A DNA stretch of 64,000 bases. It comes from Nitrospirota bacterium (GTDB taxonomy: Bacteria > Nitrospirota > UBA9217). The notes beneath the pieces are model-generated. The model had not been told where the DNA came from. It worked only from the letters and a program-made list of their open reading frames with translations, and did not search any database. Location: positions 1,984,001 through 2,048,000 of the forward strand of contig CAWFSF010000006.1 of the NCBI GenBank assembly GCA_963818475.1, read 5' to 3'. Below, piece by piece: positions 54,827 to 64,000 of this stretch. Position 1 is the stretch's first letter; every line of letters starts with the position of its first letter. A program made the translations under genes and the position numbers.

Positions 54827-56636
54827 GAACCTGTAGGAAAAGTCATTTTATGCTATAATGACGCCATCAAAACGCTGTACGGAATCATCAAAACCCCTCA
54901 CCCACGGGAGGCGCATGGCGAAATACAAGATTACGATTATTCCCAAGGCAAATTCATCCCGATCAGCTTCGACAAACAGATCCTTCACGGCACCTTCGAA
55001 CACACGCTCCATTATCTCATCGACAACGACCTCGACCTTTCCGCCTTTGATCTCCAGTACAAGAACGATGAGACCGGCGCTCCGGCCTACGATCCCCGGA
55101 TTCTCTTAAAGATCGTCCTCTACGCCTATTCCAAAGGAATCACCTCAAGCAGAAAGATCGCCGATTGCTGCAACGATAACGTCATCTTCATGGCCCTTTC
55201 CGCCGACACCCGGCCGCACTTCACGACCATCGCCGACTTCATCTCCTCCCATGACCAGGAAACGATGTAAGCTCTTCCTCGAAGTCCTCCTGATCTGCGA
55301 CCAGATGGGCCTGATCGGCAAAGAGATGTTCGCCGTAGACGGCTGCAAGCTCCCCTCGAACGCCTCGAAGGAGTGGAGCGGAACCAAGGAGGAACTCGAA
55401 CATAAAAAAGCGAAGATGGAGAAGGCCATCCGGGAGATGATCGCGCAAGCACAAGGAACGAGACATAGCTCGAGACCGACAAGGCGGTCATCGAGAAGGA
55501 AGAACAGTACATTTCAACGCTCAAGGCGAAGATCAAGAAGATCAAGACCTGGCTTGCTGAAAACGACGACAAGCCCGGCAGCAAGGGCAAGCCCCGGAAG
55601 AGCAACATAACCGACAACGAAAGCGCCACCATGAAGACCTCGCACGGCGTGGTCCAGGGCTACAACGGCGTGGCGATGGTGGACAGCAAGCACCAGGTAG
55701 TGGTCCATGCGGAAGCGACCGGAGATTCCGAATCCGCAATACTGAAACCCATGGTCGAAGGAACGCGAGAGAACTTCGAGGACAATCGGCAAGGAAAAGA
55801 ACATCTTCAAAAAGACCAAACTGACCACCGACGCCGGCTTTCACTCCGAAAAGAACGTGGAGATGGTAATTGAGGACGGCATCGATGCATACATCGCCGA
55901 CAACAAGTTTCGTCACCGCGATCCCCGGTTTGCGGATGCGGACAAACATAAGGAACGGTTCAACAAAGAAATGGCCAAAAAATTCGACCGGCCGATCATT
56001 TTTCAGCCGAGAGATTTCACGGTTAGCCCTGACAAAAGCTTTTGCACCTGCCCTGCCGGGAAACGGATGTACCGTCACGGGAATGTACCGTTTCACGGAT
56101 TACAGGTTGTCAGGTTCAAAGGAGCGAAACGCGATTGCATCCCTTGTCAACTTAGAGAGAAGTGCTTGAAGAAACCCGACCGGACTGAAGTTCGACAGTT
56201 CGCGCACTTTACCGGAAGGACCGAGAACAAGGAGAAGACGTTTACTCAGAAGATGCGGGAGAAGATAGACTCGGTCGCCGGCAAGCTGATCTACGGACGA
56301 AGAATGGCGACGGTCGAACCCGTCTTTGCCAATGTCCGGAGCAGCCTTGGCCTGGATCGCTTCAGTCTCCGAGGGAAAAAGAAGGTGAGCATTCAGTGGC
56401 GGCTCTATTGCGTCGTGCACAATCTATTGAAGGTGCATCGATACGGGTTTGGATTCGCGGGTAGTTGAGGTAAAGGGAAGCCGAAAGGGAATGAAAAATG
56501 CGGTAGCGAGAACAAATCAGCTCTCCTAAACCGATAAATCAGCAGAATCGATAAAAACTTCCCCGCACCAGGATACACAAAGAACCATATAACGGGGAAC
56601 AGGCAAGCTATTCAAACTGGCTTTTTCTACAGACTC
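54827..56636 (+). mobile_element. IS1182-family insertion sequence (1810 bp)
   Basis: IRs GAACCTGTAGGAAAAGTC / reverse complement GAGTCTGTAGAAAAAGCC; GTT on both flanks. Confidence 0.88.
54915..56468 (+). CDS. IS1182 transposase, several apparent frameshifts
   Basis: GAPAYDPRILLK, SSRKI, PHFTTIADF, VDGCKLPSNAS, QGYN, DAG, VEPVFAN, HNLLK. Confidence 0.88.
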
Positions 56637-56658
56637 GTTATGACTAAAAGGAGATTTC

Positions 56659-57414
56659 GTGCCAGCACCTGAAACAATAATAAAAAGCTGCTTGTGTATA
56701 TCAGATGTAAGTTGCTACGAAATTGTTAAAGACTTTTCAGGCCCGATTATTGCCGTAGCGGTGGCATTCTTCAGTGTGAAATACGCTTTTAAGCAAATAG
56801 CTGCACAGCACAAAAACACACTCAAGGCTCAGATTGAAGAACAGAAAAGAAATACTCGCATAGAACTATTTAAAGAGGTATGCGGACTAATGGAACAATC
56901 TGATTCGATCATTCGTGAGGTGAATTCATATTGTATGAGGAAAAAATATTCCAATATCGAGATGAAGTCGGATATCAATCATCTAGAATACTTGGATATT
57001 ATGAGCAAGTTTGGCCAAGCACTTATAGCGGTAATAATCAAAGTCGAATCACATGAGATTGTAAATCTAATGCTATTTCGTGTTTTCAGGTTTTCACTTC
57101 AGTCAATACACCATGACTTACTAACAATTCAGTTTGCTGAAGATAGGTTTTACGTACTTGAACGCATACTAGAGCTAACCAGTGATGCTCAAATGTACTT
57201 TAGTGATTTTCAAGTGTGCCTTCAAAATATGGCGTACGGTGAAGTATTTGAATCTGAAGTTCCCAAAAGAGAACCAGCTGATAAGAGATATAAAGTAATA
57301 ACCAACGACCCCGAAAACCTTAAAGAACTTCACAATTACTTCCGGAGTGAAACTGATTGGGGTAAAAACGGTATAAAGTATGAGGAAGAAGCTAAGGAGC
57401 GATTTCCCTCATAA
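56659..57414 (+). CDS. Integron-type cassette gene, hypothetical protein with one N-terminal TM segment
   Basis: Low GC; AAGGAG RBS just after GTTATGA; stop codon inside TCATAAC. Confidence 0.8.
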   Translation: MPAPETIIKSCLCISDVSCYEIVKDFSGPIIAVAVAFFSVKYAFKQIAAQHKNTLKAQIEEQKRNTRIELFKEVCGLMEQSDSIIREVNSYCMRKKYSNIEMKSDINHLEYLDIMSKFGQALIAVIIKVESHEIVNLMLFRVFRFSLQSIHHDLLTIQFAEDRFYVLERILELTSDAQMYFSDFQVCLQNMAYGEVFESEVPKREPADKRYKVITNDPENLKELHNYFRSETDWGKNGIKYEEEAKERFPS

Positions 57415-57464
57415 CAAGTAAAGACAGCCGACGCAAAAAGACGAGACTGCTTTAAGCGTTCACG
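57409..57464 (+). other. Degenerate attC-like site closing the cassette
   Basis: TCATAAC...CAGCCGACGCAAAAAGACG...GCGTT; TCATAAC is the exact reverse complement of the cassette-start GTTATGA. Confidence 0.6.
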
Positions 57465-57664
57465 TGCAAGTTTCAACCGGTAATCGTTAATTCTTCTGAC
57501 TAATCGGAATCCACAGTCATAGGCGAACTCCGCGTTCTGGCAGAGGGTGGTGCGGTAACATGTTACTACGGACATCATTACATCCGTCCCTGCGGTAACT
57601 ATTCAGGTGGCTTGAAATCATAGAAAACAAGGGCGTTCCTTGATCTGCCATAATCGCACCATTT

Positions 57665-57745
57665 CGTCATTCCCGAACGCTTTAATCGGGAATCCAGAGA
57701 TTTTCAACGTCACTGAATCCCCGATAGGGTCATTCGGGGATGACG
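57665..57745. repeat. REP/RPE-like double hairpin (GTCATTCCCGA...TCGGGAATCCA ... TCGGGGATGAC)
   Basis: Same architecture as 8777..8852. Confidence 0.7.
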
Positions 57746-57796
57746 GATATTAGTTACCTGAATAGTTACTCCCTGCGTAACAATGTTTTATCGAGC

Positions 57797-57991
57797 TACT
57801 TCCTATAGTATCGCAACATGCAGCGGCAGTAGTCCGCATCGCAGTTCGGTAATGGCAGCTCCGGGACCTCGTTCCCTGTAAACTCAATGCGGCATTTACA
57901 GGCATCACTACCTTCGTCATCCCCATCATTAGACAGCACAACTTCAGTTTCATAAACATCTTGAGCATTGACACTGATTTACGTATTTGTT
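57797..57991 (-). pseudogene. Decayed duplicate of the 3' end of gene 58788..59309
   Basis: About 195-bp direct repeat of 58789..58999 with substitutions and an approximately 15-bp deletion. Confidence 0.85.
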
Positions 57992-58016
57992 AGTAAATCG
58001 TATGTAAAAGCCCTGC

Positions 58017-58053
58017 TTGACAATGAGGTCACATTGATATACTATGACCACAT
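58017..58053 (+). promoter_or_regulatory. TA operon promoter with palindromic operator
   Basis: TTGACA-N17-TACTAT; ATGAGGTCA...TGACCACAT inverted repeat around the -10. Confidence 0.65.
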
Positions 58054-58345
58054 GCAGACAAAAACCATAGGAATTCGTGAAATGAAAGCCCATCTGAGCG
58101 GCTACCTACAGGATGTGAAACGGGGCGAGGAGCTGCTTATCTCGGAACGGGGCAAGGCCATCGCCCGCATAGTACCGGTAGGCGCTCCGGCAGAGGAAAG
58201 CAAACTGCATTCCGCGCTCGTCAAATTGGCGCTCTCGGGCGCAATCATCCTCCCGCCATCCTACAAACCGCCGCGCCTGCCGAAATTCAGGAAAAAAGTA
58301 AAGGGCTCTCCCTTCTCCCAAGCGATCAGCGAGGACCGGCGATGA
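58052..58345 (+). CDS. Phd/YefM-family antitoxin
   Basis: IGIREMKAHLSGYL..VKRGEELLISERGKAIARIVP. Confidence 0.9.
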   Translation: MQTKTIGIREMKAHLSGYLQDVKRGEELLISERGKAIARIVPVGAPAEESKLHSALVKLALSGAIILPPSYKPPRLPKFRKKVKGSPFSQAISEDRR

Positions 58346-58767
58346 TGCTCTATGTCGACACCTCCGCACTCATCAAACGGTACGTGGAGGAGGACGGATC
58401 AGATCGCGTCAATGCCCTCTGGAACGGGGCAACGGGGATTGCAACATCGGTTGTCGCCTTCGCGGAAATGATCGCAGCGCTGAACCGTAAAAGGCGGGAA
58501 GGCGTGTTATCAGCCGCTGAGTACACCAGAACGGCAACTGCCTTTAAGAGCGATTATCGCCGCGTCATTCTAGTGCCCGTCAGCGCAGGCCTGAACGAAC
58601 GCATTGAAACGCTAGCGCGGAAACACGCACTGAGAGGCTTTGATGCGATTCACCTTGCATCGGCGCTCGTGATTAGGAACAGTGGGAAAGTTGAAACGGG
58701 TTTCGCATGCTACGACCGCATGCTGAATGAAGCGGCAGGGAAAGAAGGGTTTCAGGCGATCCTATAA
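58342..58767 (+). CDS. VapC-type PIN toxin
   Basis: YVDTSALIKRYVEE, LRGFDAIHLASA, YD; ATGA overlap with the antitoxin. Confidence 0.92.
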   Translation: MMLYVDTSALIKRYVEEDGSDRVNALWNGATGIATSVVAFAEMIAALNRKRREGVLSAAEYTRTATAFKSDYRRVILVPVSAGLNERIETLARKHALRGFDAIHLASALVIRNSGKVETGFACYDRMLNEAAGKEGFQAIL

Positions 58768-58787
58768 ACTTACCTCAGTTTCGGGTT

Positions 58788-59309
58788 TTACTTCTTATGG
58801 TATCGCAACATGCAGCGGCAATAGTCCGCATCGCAATTCGGTAATGGCAACTCCGGGACCTCGTTAAACCGAAAACGCTTTCCCTGTAAACTCAATGCGG
58901 CATTACAGGCATCGCTACCTTCGTCATCCCCATCATTAGACAGCACAACTTCAGCTTCATAAACATCTTGCGCATTTTGCACTGATTTACGTATTTGTTC
59001 GTGTTGATAAAATATGCTTTCGGCATGAAGTATACGTTGAGTAACCAGGAAGGCAGCCCCCAATATGTCTTCTTTGCCATGATCCGACAAGGAATGGTAA
59101 TATTTACTGCTAACTTTTGAATTTGCCCTCAACCCAAGTTTCTCTATTTCGTCTCCGGACAGAAGTTCACCCGAAGTCCGTATCTTTCGATCAATTGATC
59201 CGTAGCTTGCTTCTCTATTGTTCAATATAATTTCCAATATCCAATCGAATGAATCCTGCTTAAATAAGCCTGACTGTTCGATCAGCCGTCTTGGGTCTGG
59301 CTTTGTCAT
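58788..59309 (-). CDS. Hypothetical protein with C-terminal Cys cluster (C...LPLPNC....CRC)
   Basis: Low-GC ORF of about 173 aa; AAGGA upstream. Confidence 0.7.
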   Translation of the reverse strand: MTKPDPRRLIEQSGLFKQDSFDWILEIILNNREASYGSIDRKIRTSGELLSGDEIEKLGLRANSKVSSKYYHSLSDHGKEDILGAAFLVTQRILHAESIFYQHEQIRKSVQNAQDVYEAEVVLSNDGDDEGSDACNAALSLQGKRFRFNEVPELPLPNCDADYCRCMLRYHKK

Positions 59310-59387
59310 TTGCAAGTTTCCTTATCATTGAAGTACATCGTCATATATTGAGTTTATCATGTGATCCCCCGGCAGGCAAGGACCTAA

Positions 59388-59521
59388 CAGGCTGTTGAAA
59401 AAAGCATTTTTTAAAGTGTCATCCTGAACGAAGTGAAGGATCTGAAGCAGTTGTAAAACCGAGATTCTTCGCTACGCTCAGAATGACAAATAGTTGGTAT
59501 TTCGTTTTTTCCAACAACCTG
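59388..59521. mobile_element. 134-bp MITE with IS-like terminal IRs carrying a double-hairpin repeat
   Basis: CAGGCTGTTGAAAAAA / reverse complement CAGGTTGTTGGAAAAA; CTAA directly on both flanks. Confidence 0.75.
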
Positions 59522-59661
59522 CTAATAGCCAGGCTTGATTTGTTGACTTATTTGCATTTCAACCCACTTAACACCACTTCATCCCTTTCGCTTGACTTTC
59601 GCCATTTATGCTGCAATAATAGATTCACGTTGAGGCACTAGTGAGTCATAAGGAGGCACCC

Positions 59662-59934
59662 ATGAAACAGATTACCATACGGAGCATTCCCGAAGAAGTA
59701 AGGAAGACCGTTCAGCGGGAGGCCGCGCAGAAAGGCCTTAGCCTGAACAAGGCGTTCATTTCACTCCTTGAACGGGCGGTGAGCGGCAAGTCTCCGGAAA
59801 AGAAAAAAAAGATCCTCTATCATGACCTCGATCACTTTTCCGGGCTTTGGTCGCGGGAGGAAGCTGCGGAATTCGATAAGAACGTAAAATCCCAGCGAAA
59901 GGTGGATGCTGAGCTATGGAAAAGCACAAAGTAA
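59662..59934 (+). CDS. RHH/FitA-like antitoxin
   Basis: MKQITIRSIPEEV...AAQKGLSLNK; AAGGAGG RBS; overlaps the PIN gene. Confidence 0.85.
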   Translation: MKQITIRSIPEEVRKTVQREAAQKGLSLNKAFISLLERAVSGKSPEKKKKILYHDLDHFSGLWSREEAAEFDKNVKSQRKVDAELWKSTK

Positions 59935-60320
59935 TGCTCGATACGTCCGCTTATTCGGCTTTTCTCCGGGGGAATGGTGAGATTAAACGGGCACTCCAGG
60001 AAGCGGATGAAATTTATCTGAATGCGATCGTACTTGGCGAACTTTATTCTGGTTTCGCCCAGGGAAGCAGGGAGAAGAAAAACAGGGAGATCCTCAGGGA
60101 TTTTCTTTCATCGCCGCGAATTCAGATCGCCGGACTCGATGAGGAAACTGCTGAACGGTATGCGGCGATCATCACCTATCTCCGGTCGAAAGGGACGCCG
60201 ATACCAACGAATGACCTCTGGATCGCTGCTACGGCTATGCAGTACGGACTTAAGCTGCTAACCACCGATGGCCACTATCGCTCCGTTCCGCAGATCATCG
60301 TTGAATGCTTCAACGTGTGA
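59916..60320 (+). CDS. VapC-type PIN toxin
   Basis: MLDTSAY, VLGEL, GTPIPTNDLWIAA, TTDGHY. Confidence 0.93.
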   Translation: MEKHKVMLDTSAYSAFLRGNGEIKRALQEADEIYLNAIVLGELYSGFAQGSREKKNREILRDFLSSPRIQIAGLDEETAERYAAIITYLRSKGTPIPTNDLWIAATAMQYGLKLLTTDGHYRSVPQIIVECFNV

Positions 60321-60324
60321 ACTT

Positions 60325-60807
60325 CTACTTCTTAAACTTCTTCCTCAACTTCTCCACCACGAGCGACGGCACAAGGCTCGAAACATCGCCGCCGTAGCTT
60401 GCCGCTTCCTTTACGATCGTCGAAGTGATGAACGAATATTCCTCGTTCGGCATGAGAAAGACGGTCTCAATATCACTGTCCAGCCTCCGGTTCATGAGCG
60501 CCATCTGCATCTCATATTCGAAGTCTGAAACCGCCCGCAGCCCGCGAATGATCCCCACGGCTTTTTTCTGCCTCACATAATCCACCAGCAGGCCGTCGAA
60601 TCCTTCGATCACGACATTCTTTCGCTTTGCCGTCACCCGTCTAAGCATAGCTATGCGCTCTTCGAGAGAAAAAAGCGGTATTTTCTTCGGGTTCTCCGCC
60701 ACCGCCACGATCACCACATCGAAGATCCTGCGGCTTCGATCAACCAGATCGATATGTCCGTTCGTGACGGGGTCGAAGGTTCCGGGATAAACAGCGATGC
60801 GTTTCAT
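60325..60807 (-). CDS. coaD: Phosphopantetheine adenylyltransferase
   Basis: YPGTFDPVTNGH, RGLRAVSDFEYE. Confidence 0.97.
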   Translation of the reverse strand: MKRIAVYPGTFDPVTNGHIDLVDRSRRIFDVVIVAVAENPKKIPLFSLEERIAMLRRVTAKRKNVVIEGFDGLLVDYVRQKKAVGIIRGLRAVSDFEYEMQMALMNRRLDSDIETVFLMPNEEYSFITSTIVKEAASYGGDVSSLVPSLVVEKLRKKFKK

Positions 60808-60919
60808 GGGAGCTCCTTTATGATGAACTCGTATAGATCATATCTACCCCAGAGGCAGGAGAGCGCGAGACTGAAATCCTCTTACGAAAGGCAGAGTTAT
60901 CAGAATCCGTGGCTTCAGA

Positions 60920-61507
60920 TCATACCGCATCTGCTGCATCCTCCTGACTTCTGACTTCTGTCTCCTGACTCCCGAATGTATAAAACGCCAGCACCGTGTC
61001 ACCGTACACCGCTTCACGCGAAAGCATGAGCTCTCCTGCCTGTTTTGGCGACGGCTGTTTTTTAAAATGCTCGGCAATGACGATCGCATCAGGCTTCAGG
61101 ATCCCGGACTCGGCGATAAGGTTGAGCACGGGCTCCTGTTCGAGCGTATAGGGCGGGTCGAGAAAAACAATATCAAACTGTTCCGATACTTTTTTCAGAT
61201 ATTTCTCCGCCTTCGCTCCGACGATCTCCGTCCGCTTGCTGAAACCGATCAGTTCGATGTTCTTTTTAATAACGTGCAGCGAGTCCCGCGCATCGTCTAC
61301 GAACACGACCCGATCCGCCCCGCGGCTGAGCGCCTCGATGCCGATCCCGCCGGCGCCGGCAAAAAGATCGAGGAACGAGGACTTGTTCACTTTCTCGCCG
61401 AGAATATTGAACAGCGCCTGTTTCACCTTGTCCGAAGTCGGCCGGACCTTTGAACCTGCCGGAACCTTGAGATTCCTGCCTTTGCTTGTGCCGCCAGTGA
61501 TCCTCAT
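60920..61507 (-). CDS. rsmD: 16S rRNA m2G966 methyltransferase
   Basis: RPTSDKVKQALFN, LDLFAGAG, EALSRGA, DPPY. Confidence 0.95.
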   Translation of the reverse strand: MRITGGTSKGRNLKVPAGSKVRPTSDKVKQALFNILGEKVNKSSFLDLFAGAGGIGIEALSRGADRVVFVDDARDSLHVIKKNIELIGFSKRTEIVGAKAEKYLKKVSEQFDIVFLDPPYTLEQEPVLNLIAESGILKPDAIVIAEHFKKQPSPKQAGELMLSREAVYGDTVLAFYTFGSQETEVRSQEDAADAV

Positions 61508-61583
61508 AGGTCACGTTTCTCTTCCCAAGGAGTAGTAACTCCTTGCGCAAAATTGAGTTTTTCCATAAGTCACCCTTTCTCAT

Positions 61584-61617
61584 CCTCTCCCTCCGGGGAG
61601 AGGGTCTGGGTGAGGGG
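61584..61617. repeat. CCTCTCCC..GGGAGAGGG...GGGTGAGGGG palindromic element
   Basis: Short hairpin in the divergent intergenic region. Confidence 0.5.
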
Positions 61618-61725
61618 CTGAAGTCAAGCCCATTAGAACAGCATAGGTGAACCGATGCTACAGAAAACAGCTTGTTTAGTCAAGCCTTTCTTGACACTGC
61701 AGGCCTATGCGTATATACTTTTTTC

Positions 61726-63079
61726 ATGATAAAGAATAAACCTTCACGAAGAACAGTCCCTGGACTTGCAGTTCTTTTCCTCTCGCTCGCATCAATGATC
61801 ATCGGCCTGATCGGAATTGCAGTGGGGGCGGCGGAAAAAGCAGCGCCTCCTCCTGCTCCCAAAACGGTCCATGTCCTCACGATCGACGCTGCGATCACCC
61901 CCGTTGTTGCCGAATACATCGAAAAGGCCGTAGACCGCGCTGCTGCAGCCAATGCTGAAGCGCTCATCATCCAGCTGAACACTCCCGGCGGACGCGTTGA
62001 CACCATGCAGCAGATCGTCATGAAGATGCTCTCCGCAAACGTTCCGGTCGTGGTCTACGTTGCGCCGCAGGGCGGCCGGGCTGCATCGGCAGGGGTATTC
62101 ATCACGCTGGCTGCCAACATCGCTGTCATGGCGCCCAGCACGCATATCGGCGCTGCCCATCCGGTGACCATGGCGGGAAAGATGGACGATGTTCAGGAGG
62201 CAAAAGCTGTGAACGACCTTGCCGCCATGGTTCGGGGGCTCGCTGAAAAGCGCGGCAAGAATGCCAAATGGGCTGAGGAGGCCGTACGGAAAAGCGTATC
62301 CATTACCGAGACCGAGGCGCTCAAGCTCAAGGTGATCGACCTGATCGCGCCGGATATGCCGTCGCTCCTTAAGGCCATACACGGAAAAACCGTTGATCTG
62401 GCGCTCGGCAAGAGGGTTCTCGATACAGAACAACGCTCAGGTCAAGGAGATCAAGATGGGGTTCCGGTTCAAACTTCTTGATCTCATCAGCGACCCCAAC
62501 ATTGCCTATATCCTGCTGATCCTCGGGTTCTACGGCCTCTACTTCGAGCTTTCAAACCCCGGCGCCATTTTCCCGGGCGTTGCCGGCGCCATCAGCCTTA
62601 TCCTGGCCTTTTATGCGCTCTCTAACCTGCCGATCAATTATGCCGGTCTCATGCTGATCATCCTCGCCATCGCGCTGTTCATTGCCGAGGCATTCATCAC
62701 GAGCCACGGCGTCCTCGGCGTCGGCGGCACCATCGCCATGGCGATCGGTTCGGTCATGCTGATCGATTCCCCGTTACCCTATATGCGCATATCCTGGGCC
62801 GTCATCATCCCGGTTGTTGCACTTTCATCCCTCCTGTTCATTATCACGGTGTCATTAGCCGTGCGGGTCCAGCGTGAAAAAGCCGGATACCGGAAAAGAA
62901 GGCATGCTCGGACTTGAGGGGGAAGCAAAGACCGACGTTCATGCACGTGGCCAGGTGTTTGTGCGCGGAGAATACTGGAACGCCTGGAGCGATGAGCCGA
63001 TCCAAAAAGGCGAACGGGTGACAGGTCTTGTCTGTCACGGGGCTCAGAGTCAAAGTTAAGAAAGCTTCCCGGCCATAGA
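61726..63079 (+). CDS. NfeD-family membrane-bound serine protease, several apparent frameshifts
   Basis: LNTPGG, AASAG, IGAAHPV, TM region ELSNPG, C-terminal OB fold GQVFVRGEYWNA; upstream of stomatin; end approximate. Confidence 0.88.
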
Positions 63080-63181
63080 GATGCGCGTATATACCGCTTG
63101 ACTGAAACGATCTGCTCCAATGAAGAACGGCAGAACAACGAAAAATCATGACACGAAAGAAATAACAAGGAGGTTCACGAT

Positions 63182-63960
63182 ATGGAAGCACTAGGACTGG
63201 GATTAGCGTTTGCGAGTATTATTATTGCCTGGTTTCTGTTCAACACGATCAAGATCCTCAAGCAGTACGAGCGGGGAGTGATCTTCACGCTCGGCAAAGT
63301 TGCCCAGGAAGGCGGCGTAAAAGGACCGGGAATGATCATTCTCATCCCCGGGATACAGAAGATGGTGCGGGTGAGCCTCCGCACGGTCACCATGGATGTG
63401 CCGGCACAGGACGTGATCACCAGGGACAACGTGACCGTCAAGGTGAATGCCGTGGTCTACTTCCGGGTCATCGATCCGAAAAAGGCGGTCGTCGAGGTCG
63501 AGGACTTCTACTATGCCACGTCGCTCATCTCGCAGACCACGCTCCGCAGCATCCTGGGCCAGAACCAGTTCGACGATCTGCTTTCGAACCGGGAATCCAT
63601 CAACGCAGAACTGCAGAAGGTGATCGACCAGCAGACCGAGCCCTGGGGCGTCAAGGTGACGACCGTGGAAGTGAGGAACGTGGACCTCCCGGCTGAGATG
63701 CAGCGCGCCATCGCGATCCAGGCGCAGGCAGAGCGCGAACGGCGCGCCAAGATCATCCATGCCGAAGGCGAGCTCCAGGCATCGGCGAAACTGGGAGAAG
63801 CGGCAGCGGTCATCAGCAAGAACCCGATCGCGCTTCAGCTCAGGTATCTGCAGACGCTCACCGAGATCGGCACCGAGAAGAACACGACCATCGTTTTCCC
63901 GCTTCCGATCGACTTTGTATCGGCATTTCCAAGAACATGGTGGAAAAGAAGGAATCCTGA
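63182..63960 (+). CDS. SPFH/stomatin (slipin) family protein; 3' end uncertain
   Basis: Manual translation from ATG 63182 (GGAGG RBS): [39 protein letters not shown]. Confidence 0.93.
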
Positions 63961-64000
63961 AGAAAAACAGCACGCAGCAGAAAAAACAAAAGGGGACAGA

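Noticed and set aside
57797-58999. The approximately 195-bp duplicate as a DGR template/variable repeat pair
   Set aside because: Differences include indels and are not confined to adenines on one strand; no RT nearby

Overview
Bacterial chromosome segment of about 57% GC by eye. Gene content resembles Nitrospirota or deltaproteobacteria (inference only). Scattered single-base indels, including in essential ftsY, point to an unpolished long-read or metagenomic consensus. Order of contents: (1) 0-14 kb signalling cluster: NtrC-type sigma-54 activator, GAF/PAS kinases, two tandem 'two-CW' cysteine-rich proteins behind a sigma-54 promoter, and hemerythrin. It is interrupted by a dinB / four-helix-bundle / lexA operon whose consensus promoter carries a GAAC-N4-GTTC box. 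(2) 14.4-29.2 kb type I-E CRISPR-Cas locus (about 74 repeats), preceded by a stand-alone DEDDh exonuclease coupled to cas3 and a WYL regulator; a palindrome overlaps the operon promoter. (3) 30-50 kb housekeeping genes: tlyA, dxs, ispA, xseB, HD-GYP, HEAT, xseA, ymdB-like, rny, rarA, 6S RNA, zapA, ftsY, yhaM-like, tusA, iscU, iscS, iscR and a TrmH-family methyltransferase. (4) 50.8-60.3 kb accessory island: a 3.1-kb TGT...ACA element encoding two DDE integrases and two paralogous HTH proteins, a truncated IS4, an IS1182 inserted at the GTT of an attC site, an integron-type cassette with no integrase in the window, two PIN toxin-antitoxin pairs and a MITE. (5) coaD, rsmD, nfeD and stomatin. Many intergenic junctions carry inverted blocks of 7-bp- or 9-bp-period repeats, some empty and some bracketing small cargo genes. 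This pattern and the two-integrase element are the best candidates for poorly described systems.
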